Positions 18,395-27,620 are shown, counted from the stretch's first letter. The stretch is 64,000 bases of DNA from an uncultured Azospirillum sp. (GCA_947301965.1 CAMYUM010000003.1:30127-94126), one strand, 5' to 3'. The notes: generated from the sequence alone by a model not told the origin. Program-made: numbers and translations.

Positions 18395-18661
18395 ATGAAA
18401 AAAGCTATATACCTGTTTTTGTTGTGTTTGTTATTGCCGGCGTGTCAGGAGCTTGACGGTTTGTTAAACACAAACAATTTTGTTGTTTCAGAAGCCGATG
18501 ACAATCGCATGGTGGTGTTGAACACCAATACGCGTGTTTATCACGACCCAAAATGTAAAATTGCAAAAAGTTGCTCTAAAAATTGTGTTGTAACGACAAA
18601 ATACGATGCAAAGTCAAAAGGAGCAACCGCCTGCCAAAAGTGTAACGGCGGTAATAAATAG
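18395..18661 (+). CDS. small Cys-rich lipoprotein (88 aa; lipobox LLPAC; YHDPKC...C..C zinc-ribbon-like motif)
   Basis: signal + lipobox; six Cys; GAAAGGTGG RBS. Confidence 0.6.
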   Translation: MKKAIYLFLLCLLLPACQELDGLLNTNNFVVSEADDNRMVVLNTNTRVYHDPKCKIAKSCSKNCVVTTKYDAKSKGATACQKCNGGNK

Positions 18662-18682
18662 TTTAGTTTTTTACAAAAAAAA

Positions 18683-18716
18683 GCGGAACAGCTAGTGCTG
18701 TTTCCACTCTTTTTTG
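18683..18716. terminator. bidirectional terminator between convergent genes (GGAACAGC-tagt-GCTGTTTCC + T-run)
   Basis: A8 upstream, T6 downstream. Confidence 0.65.
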
Positions 18717-18733
18717 ATGTCTTCGAGGTGAGA

Positions 18734-19945
18734 CTAGTTTTTGGCAAAGAAGGTGATGTAGCCTGTAGCGGCTTTTCCGTTAATGGTCATCTGGATTTTG
18801 ACTTCGACGTTGTAGATGTCGTCTTCAACGCTGGTCCAAGTGGTTTTAATGACTCGGACACTGTTTTCATCAAACATCATCTTGTCGGTCAACGGCTCAT
18901 ATAATATGCCATTATCAAGGTACACGTTTTCACGCTTAAACGCTATTTCTGTGGTAAAAACACCAAGATCCAGCTCCAGAATATCGGTATGTAATGTCTT
19001 GAGCAGATATGGAGATCCGCTGGAGAGTTTTTCAATCGACTTGGCATCGATCTTGAGTGTTGCCTTTTTGAACTGGAGGTCTGCACGGTTTGCAATTTTT
19101 ACCACATTGCCATTTGCAGGATGATAGCTGGTGTTTTCGCCGTAAGCATAAGCCGTTTCGGTAAATGTTTCAGTGTCCTTGGTTCCATCGGAATATTCCG
19201 ATGTTACTTTTGCCTTAGAAACAAAACCGGCACGCCCATCCTGATTTTTCAGGGGCAGCAAGCTTTTCTCTACCATATTGCTGGACAGGATATACTTGCC
19301 GTTTATCTTTTCAATCGGGCGTGAAGCTACAACCTCGTTGGTTACAACATAAGTTTCGCGGTTAACCATCACTGTAATTGAGTGATTGTAGATTCTGCGA
19401 GCATAGGCTTTACCATCCTTTTCTACCGAACTGGCGCTTTTTACGGTCATATCATTGTTGACAATCTCGTCATAGCCATAGTATGGCATTGTTATCTTGG
19501 TATAGCCGTCATCGTATTCAGCCACCTGAAAGGTGAGAGGATACTCAAATTTGATTGTGCCATAATCAACCGTATATACCTGTACCGAATCGGTAGTTTT
19601 GATGTATGCGTCGTGTTTTGATGCAGTTGCTTTGCGAGATGTTTTGACTTTTGGTTCATAAGTTGCCCAGTTGGCAACAGTCACATTTTCTTTCACGTTT
19701 TTTAAGCTGTTGATCAGCTCAATCGAGAACTTACTATCGAATTCAGCTCTGGTCTGACCATATACCTGAATCCAGCTTTTGTAAGAGATAGTAGTACCGC
19801 CGTCATTGGCTTCAACAGTCACAGTGGCATCTCTGCCACTGTCGGCAACCTCGCTGGTTGCAATGTTAGAGATAAAGGTCTCCTTCTCGCATGCGGCGAG
19901 GACAATCACCGCCAAGGCAGCGATGATGGTGTTCACGTGTTTCAT
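18734..19945 (-). CDS. lipoprotein of unknown function (403 aa), GC-rich/foreign codon usage
   Basis: MKHVNTIIAALAVIVLAAC lipobox; hand-counted GC ~57% in a 60-nt sample vs ~32-38% in backbone samples. Confidence 0.7.
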   Translation of the reverse strand: MKHVNTIIAALAVIVLAACEKETFISNIATSEVADSGRDATVTVEANDGGTTISYKSWIQVYGQTRAEFDSKFSIELINSLKNVKENVTVANWATYEPKVKTSRKATASKHDAYIKTTDSVQVYTVDYGTIKFEYPLTFQVAEYDDGYTKITMPYYGYDEIVNNDMTVKSASSVEKDGKAYARRIYNHSITVMVNRETYVVTNEVVASRPIEKINGKYILSSNMVEKSLLPLKNQDGRAGFVSKAKVTSEYSDGTKDTETFTETAYAYGENTSYHPANGNVVKIANRADLQFKKATLKIDAKSIEKLSSGSPYLLKTLHTDILELDLGVFTTEIAFKRENVYLDNGILYEPLTDKMMFDENSVRVIKTTWTSVEDDIYNVEVKIQMTINGKAATGYITFFAKN

Positions 19946-20135
19946 AAGCTATAGGATTAAATATTGTTTGACAAAGACCATTAATCAAAATTTTCATCAC
20001 CGGCAATTGTTTGCCTTTTTTTCTAATGATAGCATTAATAATTTTGATTTGAGATTATGTTTTATACCCAGAGGGCGGTTTTTGTCAATATTGTTGAGTT
20101 GAATGATATTGTAAAATTCGGTGCATATGAAAATA

Positions 20136-20175
20136 CGAAAAAACCACTGCAGAGCAAATGCCTGCAGTGGTTTTG
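20136..20175 (-). terminator. rho-independent terminator for the 208+142-aa gene pair (CCACTGCAG...CTGCAGTGG; T-run on minus strand)
   Basis: 9-bp perfect stem; A8 on plus strand is T8 on the minus strand, immediately downstream of the stop at 20188. Confidence 0.65.
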
Positions 20176-20187
20176 GGTGTAAAGATT

Positions 20188-20616
20188 CTAGCTAGAGGAG
20201 AGCTCGGAAAAGTTCTGTTTCTGCAAGATTTGCTTGTAGTTGGAATAACCATTCCTGTCAAACTTCTCAGCGTAGAAGTGTAGGGCGCGATCGTAGAGAG
20301 GAAGTAATTGATATTCCTTTGGACGGTAATCGCAGGGATGCTCCAATACTCTTTCGGTCTCGGAAAGCAGTCTGTTGCACAGGGCATGCTCCAAACCGGC
20401 AGCAAGGCGTTTGAACATCGGCAATTGCGGACGATAATCTTCTCCCTTAGGACCGCTGATCCACTCGATTCGCTGCTGTGCGAGAGCCCAGCAGATCATA
20501 GTCTCGGGAGCTCCTGCAGGGAGAACTTGGTCTTTTACCTGCCACAGTACACCATCAGCATAAGCGACATTCTTGATTGCGGCGTCAAGAAGTTGTCTTT
20601 TTACTTCGTTGTTCAT
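20188..20616 (-). CDS. hypothetical protein (142 aa), GC-rich block
   Basis: ORF with non-biased composition; ~50% GC; no recognisable motif. Confidence 0.55.
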   Translation of the reverse strand: MNNEVKRQLLDAAIKNVAYADGVLWQVKDQVLPAGAPETMICWALAQQRIEWISGPKGEDYRPQLPMFKRLAAGLEHALCNRLLSETERVLEHPCDYRPKEYQLLPLYDRALHFYAEKFDRNGYSNYKQILQKQNFSELSSS

Positions 20617-20668
20617 GGTACAGGGGATTAAAAATCTACATAATCGTGCCTGTTATGTTTGGCAACAA

Positions 20669-21295
20669 TCAATACTCCTCGGCATCGCAGATGACTTTCT
20701 GGTTCACCATCATGTCAGGCAAGCCGCCTTTCATTCCGTAGAGAATGACGGTTGAGACATGGCGATCGAGGATTCTGTCGTAGATATCATGCAGATTCAA
20801 AGAATCTACCGTTATCTCGAAGGCTTTGACTCGGTCCAAATCCACGCTGGGTGGAATCTGCGAAAGGACTTCGTCAGTTCCGGGACGGAAAAAAACATAG
20901 TAGCCGCCGTACCTGTGATAGCAGGTAAACGAGGTAATAACCTCTAGTTCCGGCACTTCCAGGGGGACATCAGTTGTTCCGGTGTTGATGGTTACGATGT
21001 TTTCCGGTTTGAAATTGTAGAGGTAGCTCTGCCGGATATCGCACGGTTTGACGAACACGAGCTTGTCATCGGGCTTAAAATCTCCGTAAGAACGCTTGTC
21101 GCCGTTTCTGTCCAAGCGGACCAGTGGCTTAATTTTTACCGCACGCCTGGTGAGCTCATCAATGGGCATTTGATCTGCCTCTACGATGTGGCGATAGAGC
21201 GTGGCATAATTTTTAAGAGTGATGCCGCAAACCTCTTGCTTCAGTCTTTCCCCGAAAGAGTGAAGTTTTTCCTCGATGTAGTCTGAGTTGTACAT
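20669..21295 (-). CDS. hypothetical protein (208 aa), GC-rich block, likely co-transcribed with the 142-aa gene
   Basis: ORF; ~48% GC; 52-bp spacing to downstream gene, same strand. Confidence 0.55.
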   Translation of the reverse strand: MYNSDYIEEKLHSFGERLKQEVCGITLKNYATLYRHIVEADQMPIDELTRRAVKIKPLVRLDRNGDKRSYGDFKPDDKLVFVKPCDIRQSYLYNFKPENIVTINTGTTDVPLEVPELEVITSFTCYHRYGGYYVFFRPGTDEVLSQIPPSVDLDRVKAFEITVDSLNLHDIYDRILDRHVSTVILYGMKGGLPDMMVNQKVICDAEEY

Positions 21296-21398
21296 ATTGA
21301 AGGGTTTAAAATAATGGGAATAATTCTTATAAAACTGTGCTTTCTATATCATTTTTGGACAAAAAAGTCAAGTTTAAAACTGGAAGAAAGTTTTTTAT

Positions 21399-22361
21399 CT
21401 ATAAGATGACCCTTTTGATAATGATTAAATATTGAGCATATAAATATGCCACATAACAACAAAACATGAAAAGACCTTCGCAACGTCTTAACTTGTCTTT
21501 ATAAAGCAACAAAGGTAATAATAACGTTGTTGAGGCTAGCATAATCCATATGTCAAAAACAAAAAACTGGTATGAGATCTTGACGTCTAAAATAGATGCT
21601 GTGATTCCCATGATAAGAACGATATTCCAAATATTGGATCCCATTACATTACCAAGGGCAATGCCGTTTTGGTGGCGATACGCAGCAACACAGCTTGTAG
21701 CAAGTTCGGGGGCTGATGTTCCGACAGCAATAATGGTGAGCCCGATGACTTCTTGTGAAACACCGCATAAGCTTGCCAGGTTGGCAGCTCCTTTTACCAA
21801 AAAATCTGAACCATAAATAATCCCAGCCAGTCCGATAATGGTAGCTAACAAAATATAGAGCCAATTTTTTCCGATTAAATTGCCGGGAATGTCCAAATCA
21901 GTCTCGTCTTTATTACGCCGAAGCATATAGTAGTTGTAAAATATAAACCAGAATGAAATTAAAAGTAAAACCCAACCGTGCCAACGAGACAGTGTCCCTG
22001 TTAAGCAAAAACATACAAAAATCAAAGTGGTAAAGAACAAAAATACAAAATCACGTATAAAGGCGTTTTTGTTCACGTTAATAGGATAGATTAGGGCAGA
22101 TAGTCCGAGGACAAGTAAAATATTGGCAATATTTGATCCAATAACGTTGCCAAGTGAGATTGCGGAATTTCCGCTAATTGCGGCTTTAACACTAACGGTT
22201 AGTTCAGGCAACGATGTACCAAGTGCGACAATGGTCAAACCAATAATGAGGGTCGAAATTTTTAAGCGATTTGCTATAGCGACAGCACCAAGTACAAAAA
22301 AGTCAGCGCCACAAAGGAGGAATATCAGTCCAATTAAAATAAAAATAACAGCAGTAAGCAT
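21399..22361 (-). CDS. Ca2+/cation antiporter, CaCA family (YrbG-like Na+/Ca2+ exchanger)
   Basis: duplicated alpha-repeat motifs GTSLPEL and GTSAPELATS; 10 TM; AT-rich native-like codon usage. Confidence 0.8.
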   Translation of the reverse strand: MLTAVIFILIGLIFLLCGADFFVLGAVAIANRLKISTLIIGLTIVALGTSLPELTVSVKAAISGNSAISLGNVIGSNIANILLVLGLSALIYPINVNKNAFIRDFVFLFFTTLIFVCFCLTGTLSRWHGWVLLLISFWFIFYNYYMLRRNKDETDLDIPGNLIGKNWLYILLATIIGLAGIIYGSDFLVKGAANLASLCGVSQEVIGLTIIAVGTSAPELATSCVAAYRHQNGIALGNVMGSNIWNIVLIMGITASILDVKISYQFFVFDIWIMLASTTLLLPLLLYKDKLRRCEGLFMFCCYVAYLYAQYLIIIKRVIL

Positions 22362-22460
22362 TTTTAGTCTCTTTGAAAGTTGTACCGACGAAAGTATATA
22401 TTACAATAAAATAAAAGCAATAGATATGTTAAATAACGATTCGGTTTGATACTGCGCATA

Positions 22461-22490
22461 AAAAAAAGCACTTTTTAGGTGCTTTTTTTT
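22461..22490. terminator. bidirectional terminator overlapping the stop of the 148-aa gene (AAGCAC-loop-GTGCTT + T8)
   Basis: A7 / hairpin / T8. Confidence 0.55.
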
Positions 22491-22921
22491 ATAAAGTTGC
22501 CTTGATAACGGAGTTTTGCCGGCTGATTTCCGCCGTAATAATCCGCACTCAGGGTGTTGAATTCATTGTCGTCAAAACCAACCAGCCAACCACAACCATG
22601 CATATAATTACTGTCGGCCAAATAGATGCCTTCAAGTAAAGGTTGTTTAAGCTCGGTCAAATGTTGGTTCAACTGTTCTTTGATTTTGAAAACTTCGTTA
22701 CAAAAGCTAACATCTAGCAGGCGCTGTGTATTGACATCACGGTCGGTGTGCTTTTTGTTTTCGCATTCCTCAAGTTCGATGTAGCGATTGTCTTCGGCAA
22801 AAGGGAAGATGGCTATCGGCTTTAATAAATGACGAAAGCTGAAAGGCAGGCGAACCATTTTGTCATCGTCATAGACGTAGAGTAAATCAAAAGCGTTGGG
22901 TTTACGTTTATTTTTTTCCAT
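22475..22921 (-). CDS. hypothetical protein (148 aa)
   Basis: ORF; moderate GC; own terminator; 275-bp AT-rich upstream region. Confidence 0.5.
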   Translation of the reverse strand: MEKNKRKPNAFDLLYVYDDDKMVRLPFSFRHLLKPIAIFPFAEDNRYIELEECENKKHTDRDVNTQRLLDVSFCNEVFKIKEQLNQHLTELKQPLLEGIYLADSNYMHGCGWLVGFDDNEFNTLSADYYGGNQPAKLRYQGNFIKKST

Positions 22922-23204
22922 TTTAATAATATGACCGTGTCCTTGGCACGGGGTTTAATATTTATATAATAATAGTCTTTTGTTGCGTGTAACATATATA
23001 GGGATACAACATAAGTCAACATTAAAATCAGGCGTATATAGAAATTGAAAATGAAAAAACTTGGTTTTACCACTCTTTAGAAAGGGAGGCTTTAAATTTT
23101 GGTTTTATGTTAAAAAATAGATTTTATTATGTGAAAAATTTGAAGATATTGTGGAATGATGCTCTAAATTGGGAGTATCTGAAAATAAAAAGCGAGCGAA
23201 CAAA

Positions 23205-23240
23205 ATCCGCAGAACATGTGTTCTGCGGATTTTGATTCGG
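23205..23240. terminator. terminator with 12-bp perfect stem (ATCCGCAGAACA-tg-TGTTCTGCGGAT) immediately downstream of the 151-aa gene
   Basis: read directly; T-rich flanks on both sides. Confidence 0.7.
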
Positions 23241-23246
23241 ATTTTC

Positions 23247-23702
23247 TTAAATTTCATACCCACGATAACGTAGGATTTCGATGGTTAAACGCCCGAACAT
23301 GCGAGCTCTTGCGGCGTATTTCATGCATAAATCTCCATGGTTCGTAACGTCTACAGCTATGTCTGTGCGAATATCCCAAAGAGTAAATAAATCCAAAGGG
23401 GCCGTTTTAGGATCAGGCAGTTTTTCCAGATGGTAGAGCATACTATCAACATACAAATGCAAAGCCGCATCTTCCTTTGATAACCTCTCTTTGTTTAGGG
23501 CTTTTTTACAAACATCTGTCTGTACCAGGTCTTTTTGGAGGCCTTCGAAGCACATGCTTTCGTAGTGGCGTCGTGCCAGTAAGCAGGTTGTAGCAATGGG
23601 GCATGTTTTGCATTTGTTGCCACCAACATTGTAGTAGTTGGGTTCTAACTTTGGCTCGGAAGCGAATTCAAAGCCGACATCAAAAGGTGTCAACGGTTCC
23701 AT
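23247..23702 (-). CDS. hypothetical Cys-cluster protein (151 aa; CKTC-x5-C-x10-C)
   Basis: ORF; ~50% GC; metal-binding-like Cys spacing near N-terminus. Confidence 0.5.
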   Translation of the reverse strand: MEPLTPFDVGFEFASEPKLEPNYYNVGGNKCKTCPIATTCLLARRHYESMCFEGLQKDLVQTDVCKKALNKERLSKEDAALHLYVDSMLYHLEKLPDPKTAPLDLFTLWDIRTDIAVDVTNHGDLCMKYAARARMFGRLTIEILRYRGYEI

Positions 23703-23880
23703 AATTTAATAATGCATGGACTTTTACCATAGCAAGTTTTCTTGAGTTATATTTTAGATAATATTGTTAATAATTAGATAATGGATTCGGAGGGTAGATG
23801 AATTTTATCGAAAAAGCAAGAAAAAATTATATAGGATGTGGCTTTATTATTTAGTTGAACGAGACTATGAGTGTGATATT

Positions 23881-23921
23881 TATAATTTTAAAAGAAACCG
23901 CTCCCCCGGTAGGGAGAGCGG
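23881..23921 (-). terminator. terminator for the 160-aa gene (CCGCTCCCC-cggta-GGGAGAGCGG, T-rich on minus strand)
   Basis: imperfect 9-bp stem 18 nt downstream of stop 23939. Confidence 0.5.
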
Positions 23922-23938
23922 AAGATATGCAGGAACTT

Positions 23939-24421
23939 TTAATTCTCCTTCTTTTCTTTTTCCGTCACATACATTGCCTCGCGGCAGTGATAACACTTGG
24001 CCTTGTCCTCGGCGGTGTTGACGGCGTTGATGAGGTTTTCGGGCAGGGGGTGATCCCACTCGCCTTGGTCGTACTTGTTGACCAGAATGACCTCGATTTT
24101 TCCCTTTGCCTGTTCACCTTCGCCCTCTTTGAAGGCTCTGGTAATCCGGTAAACCTCGTGGATGAAGTCGCCTCTGTGGTGGTACGACTTGATGAGGTAG
24201 TAACCGGGGTGGACGGGAACGAGCGCGTGTTGCGCGCAGGATAAATGCCCGCCGCGGCGGATGTAGGTGGCTGTTGGCTTGGTGCCGTCGGCCTTGCAGA
24301 TGATGGTGGCATCACCTGTGTTTGTTGCTCCGCCGCCTTCCTCCCATACAGAAACGAGACCGCTCTTGGTGAGAGGAGCAAGCAAAATTGTGCCTTGGTT
24401 TTTCTTATTCGCCATACACAA
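23939..24421 (-). CDS. hypothetical protein (160 aa; His/Cys motifs SCAQH...SYHH...CYHC, possible zinc-finger/His-Me-like)
   Basis: ORF; ~48-60% GC; start may be the MANKK ATG at 24415. Confidence 0.5.
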   Translation of the reverse strand: MCMANKKNQGTILLAPLTKSGLVSVWEEGGGATNTGDATIICKADGTKPTATYIRRGGHLSCAQHALVPVHPGYYLIKSYHHRGDFIHEVYRITRAFKEGEGEQAKGKIEVILVNKYDQGEWDHPLPENLINAVNTAEDKAKCYHCREAMYVTEKEKKEN

Positions 24422-24737
24422 AAATTTATTTTCCCGTGAGCAGTTCCATTGAATATGATGTTTTTATCTTTCCGACTTTAATCTTTCCCTGTAACACGTA
24501 GTCACAAACCATAAAATGGCGGGCAGTTTGCACATACTCTTTCAGTCGTAGTCAATAAGTAACATATTCGTTGGAATATGCCGGCTCTTGGGGTGCTTTC
24601 TATTGGTTAATATTATTTTGACGGCTTGCATTTGACATAATCAAAAGGAAAGCTCAAACGCGCCAAAACTACTAATTGTCATAATAATCAAATGACAAAC
24701 TTGATTATAGCATATTTTTTGAAGGTTAACAAGAGGG

Positions 24738-25949
24738 TTATTGCTCGGAAGAAACCAGTTCGGCAAATTTTTGTGCCATGGTGGGGTTGTTTTTGGTCAA
24801 TTTCTTTACCGAAAGATCTTGAGCTTTGTTATTGGCAAGCCGCAGGTTGCTTTCTGATGACAAGAGAGCGTCTTTGGTCTTTTGCAGGTGGTCTATGGTC
24901 TTGTCAATCTCCTCAATGGCTTTGCGAAATTTGTCGCTGGCCAATTGATAATTACGCCCGAATTTTTCTTTGAAATCGTTCATGTCATCTTCAAAGTGAG
25001 AAATATCAATGTTTTGATTTTTATATTCGACCAATTGACGGCGGTATTGCACCGAATTTAGGGCGGCATTGCGCAAAACAGTTATCATTGAAATGAAAAA
25101 CTGGGGGCGAATTACATACATTTTGGGGTATTTGTGAGAAACATCAACAATCCCGGAATTATATAGTTCGTTGTCGGATTCCAAAAGCGAGACCAAAACC
25201 GCATATTCGCAGCCTTTTTCCTGGCGGTCTTTGTCAAGTTCTTTGAAAAAGTCCTCGTTTTTGTGTTTGGTGGCGGTGGTGTCCATCTCGTTTTTCATTT
25301 CAAACATAATGGAGATGAACTCAATGCCGTCGGTAGTGCTTTCGCGAAAAATATAGTCGCCTTTGCTACCGGTGCGGGCATCGTTGTCTTTTTCAAAATA
25401 AGCATTAGGAAAAGCACCGGCGCGGATTTTGTTAAACTCGGTCTCACAATGTTGTTCCAAAGTTTCGCCGACCATTTTGGTAGACATTTTGGTTTTGAGA
25501 TCTTTATAAAACTCAATGGTTTCGTCTTTGGCTTTGAGCTGAATTTCAAAATTTTCTTTTAGAGATTTTTCTTTGATTTCGCTGTCTTTTTCAGTTTCTT
25601 TTATCTTGCTTTCAAGCAAAATAATTTTTTGGTCTTTGGCGGCAATCTCGTCTTTTTGTTGATTAATGGCGTTAGTTACGGCGAGTTCCTGCGCTTGTCT
25701 GCCGCTTTCAATTTGGGATTTTAGGCGTTCAATCTCTTGTTTGAGTTCGGAGAGGCTTTTTTCTTTTTCGGCTTGTGCCTGGGTGGTCAACAGTCTGAGT
25801 TCAATGTCTTTGTCTTTAAGGAGTTGACGCTCGCGTTCCTGCAGGTCTTTAGTAAATTCGCTGTTGCGAACCTGGCTGACAATGGCGGCATATCCGCTCT
25901 CATCAACAGTAAAAACTTCGCCGCATTTGGGGCATTTGATTTCAGGCAT
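24738..25949 (-). CDS. DUF2130-like protein: N-terminal zinc ribbon (CPKCGEVF), long coiled coil, C-terminal globular domain
   Basis: [24 protein letters not shown] start; heptad-rich 40-170 region; architecture matches DUF2130 family as I recall it. Confidence 0.6.
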   Translation of the reverse strand: MPEIKCPKCGEVFTVDESGYAAIVSQVRNSEFTKDLQERERQLLKDKDIELRLLTTQAQAEKEKSLSELKQEIERLKSQIESGRQAQELAVTNAINQQKDEIAAKDQKIILLESKIKETEKDSEIKEKSLKENFEIQLKAKDETIEFYKDLKTKMSTKMVGETLEQHCETEFNKIRAGAFPNAYFEKDNDARTGSKGDYIFRESTTDGIEFISIMFEMKNEMDTTATKHKNEDFFKELDKDRQEKGCEYAVLVSLLESDNELYNSGIVDVSHKYPKMYVIRPQFFISMITVLRNAALNSVQYRRQLVEYKNQNIDISHFEDDMNDFKEKFGRNYQLASDKFRKAIEEIDKTIDHLQKTKDALLSSESNLRLANNKAQDLSVKKLTKNNPTMAQKFAELVSSEQ

Positions 25950-26024
25950 AACAATACTCTCCGTTTGACAAATTGTACGATATTGCGTACTTTATACTAA
26001 AATATTTTTGCAGGAAAGAAAAAA

Positions 26025-26873
26025 ATGAAAACAGCGTTGGTACTTGAGGGCGGGGCAAAAAGAGGAATTTATACCGCAGGTGTGCTTGATGTGATGTTGG
26101 AGCATAATTTGCTGGTTGATGGTGTGTTCGGAGTTTCGGCGGGGGCAATACACGGTTGTTCTTATGCCTCAAAGCAGATCGGCAGAAGTATCCGTTACAA
26201 TATTAAATACGGAAATGATTATCGTTTTATGAGTTTTAAGTCGTTGTTTTTGACCGGAAATATGGTCGAAACCGATTTTTGTTATCACGAACTGCCGGAA
26301 AAACTCGACCCCTACGATAATGAGGCATTTATGAAATCGGGGATTGAGTTTTATGCCGTATGTTCAAATGTTGAAACGGGAAAACCGGAATATATAAAAT
26401 GCAAAGATATGTTTGCCGAAATTGATTATATAAGAGCTTCAGCGTCTATGCCGCTGGTTTCGCAAATTGTGGAAGTCGGCGGAAAAAAACTGTTGGACGG
26501 AGGAATTGCTGACAGTATACCGTTGAAGGCGGCAGAACAACACGGCTTTGAAAAAAATATTGTGGTCTTGACACGCCCTAAAGGATATCGCAAAAAATCA
26601 GCGTCACTAAAATGGCTGGTGGCGTGGGTTTATCGCAAATATCCGAAATTTGTTGAGGCATTTGCAATGCGTCCGGATATGTATAATGCCGAACTTGATT
26701 ATATCGAAAAACAGGAAAACGCCGGCAAAGCTTTGGTGATCAGTCCAAGTCGGCTGGTAAAAATTAAAAAAATGGAGTCGAATTTGGATATTGTGCGTGA
26801 AATGTACGAATTGGGACGGCACGACGCATTGAAAATGCTTGATAAAATCAGTAAATATATAAAATCTGTCTAA
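26025..26873 (+). CDS. patatin-like phospholipase
   Basis: oxyanion GGAKRG and nucleophile elbow GVSAG (GxSxG) at the expected spacing; size 282 aa. Confidence 0.8.
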   Translation: MKTALVLEGGAKRGIYTAGVLDVMLEHNLLVDGVFGVSAGAIHGCSYASKQIGRSIRYNIKYGNDYRFMSFKSLFLTGNMVETDFCYHELPEKLDPYDNEAFMKSGIEFYAVCSNVETGKPEYIKCKDMFAEIDYIRASASMPLVSQIVEVGGKKLLDGGIADSIPLKAAEQHGFEKNIVVLTRPKGYRKKSASLKWLVAWVYRKYPKFVEAFAMRPDMYNAELDYIEKQENAGKALVISPSRLVKIKKMESNLDIVREMYELGRHDALKMLDKISKYIKSV

Positions 26874-26887
26874 TTTTGACAAAATTC

Positions 26888-26916
26888 TTGCTAATAGTTT
26901 AAAACTGTGTTATATT
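26888..26916 (+). promoter_or_regulatory. promoter candidate TTGCTA-17-TGT-TATATT (extended -10) upstream of the 188-aa gene
   Basis: spacing and TGn motif read from sequence. Confidence 0.35.
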
Positions 26917-26952
26917 GCGATAAAACTTCATTATTAACTAAAATTCTTATGT

Positions 26953-27519
26953 ATGGAAAAAATCGCAAGCTACTTTCGATTTGACATTACGCAGACAGTG
27001 CAGGTTTTGCTCTATAAAATGCGTATGGGAAACGGCAAGCGCTGGTCGGTTGAAAAAACTGCCGGCGGGCTGATTTTGCACCAGATTTATGAAGAAGGTG
27101 CAGAAAAAGAGGACAACCAAACCAAGGTCGAACTCAAGGGAAAACATACAATGATTATCACTACGGTGAGCGGGTTTGTGTACACAATTGTGGATAAGGA
27201 ACCCGACGGCGCCGAGGTGAGCTTTCATGGTCCGCTCAATGCGTTGCTGATGCAGTCGCTGATGCCGCGCATGACCTATGTCCCCGGGACGCTTATCGGC
27301 ATGAACAACCTGATGGACGACTACGTCTCTATAGGTGAGTATATGCGGTTGCGCCAAGAACGTCACAAAGGTAATGGTGAAGAAAATCCTCAAGACCGGT
27401 TCGGATGGCGTATCAATATGCGTTTCAACAACGAGCTGGTGCCGTGGTTCCCGGCCTTTAACGGCAACAAAAATGTTCCCAAAGACAAGGTCAGGAAAGG
27501 CAAGTTTACCCGTCGGTAA
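26953..27519 (+). CDS. hypothetical protein (188 aa), GC-rich orphan
   Basis: ORF; ~50% GC; own promoter candidate and terminator. Confidence 0.5.
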   Translation: MEKIASYFRFDITQTVQVLLYKMRMGNGKRWSVEKTAGGLILHQIYEEGAEKEDNQTKVELKGKHTMIITTVSGFVYTIVDKEPDGAEVSFHGPLNALLMQSLMPRMTYVPGTLIGMNNLMDDYVSIGEYMRLRQERHKGNGEENPQDRFGWRINMRFNNELVPWFPAFNGNKNVPKDKVRKGKFTRR

Positions 27520-27532
27520 TTTTGAGTTAGTA

Positions 27533-27566
27533 AAAAGGGTTCGGAGTGACGAACCCTTTTTATTGT
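27533..27566 (+). terminator. rho-independent terminator (GGGTTCG-gagtga-CGAACCC + T5)
   Basis: 7-bp perfect stem after the stop at 27517-27519. Confidence 0.7.
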
Positions 27567-27584
27567 TTTAAAGAGCAAAAACTT

Positions 27585-27620
27585 TAAAAAAAAGACTGCG
27601 GAACTTGGAGACCCGCAGTC
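27585..27620 (-). terminator. rho-independent terminator for fadL (GACTGCGG...CCGCAGTC; T9 on minus strand)
   Basis: 8-bp stem 24 nt downstream of the fadL stop. Confidence 0.7.

Noticed and set aside
21550-22449. Plus-strand ORFs inside the CaCA antiporter gene
   Set aside because: Nested antisense ORFs. The minus-strand frame has the duplicated GTS(L/A)PEL alpha-repeats.
18700-24450. Prophage or integrative element call for the GC-rich blocks
   Set aside because: No integrase, recombinase, transposase, phage structural genes or flanking direct repeats were found. Only the compositional shift supports foreign origin, so it is reported as an island of unknown function, not a named mobile element.
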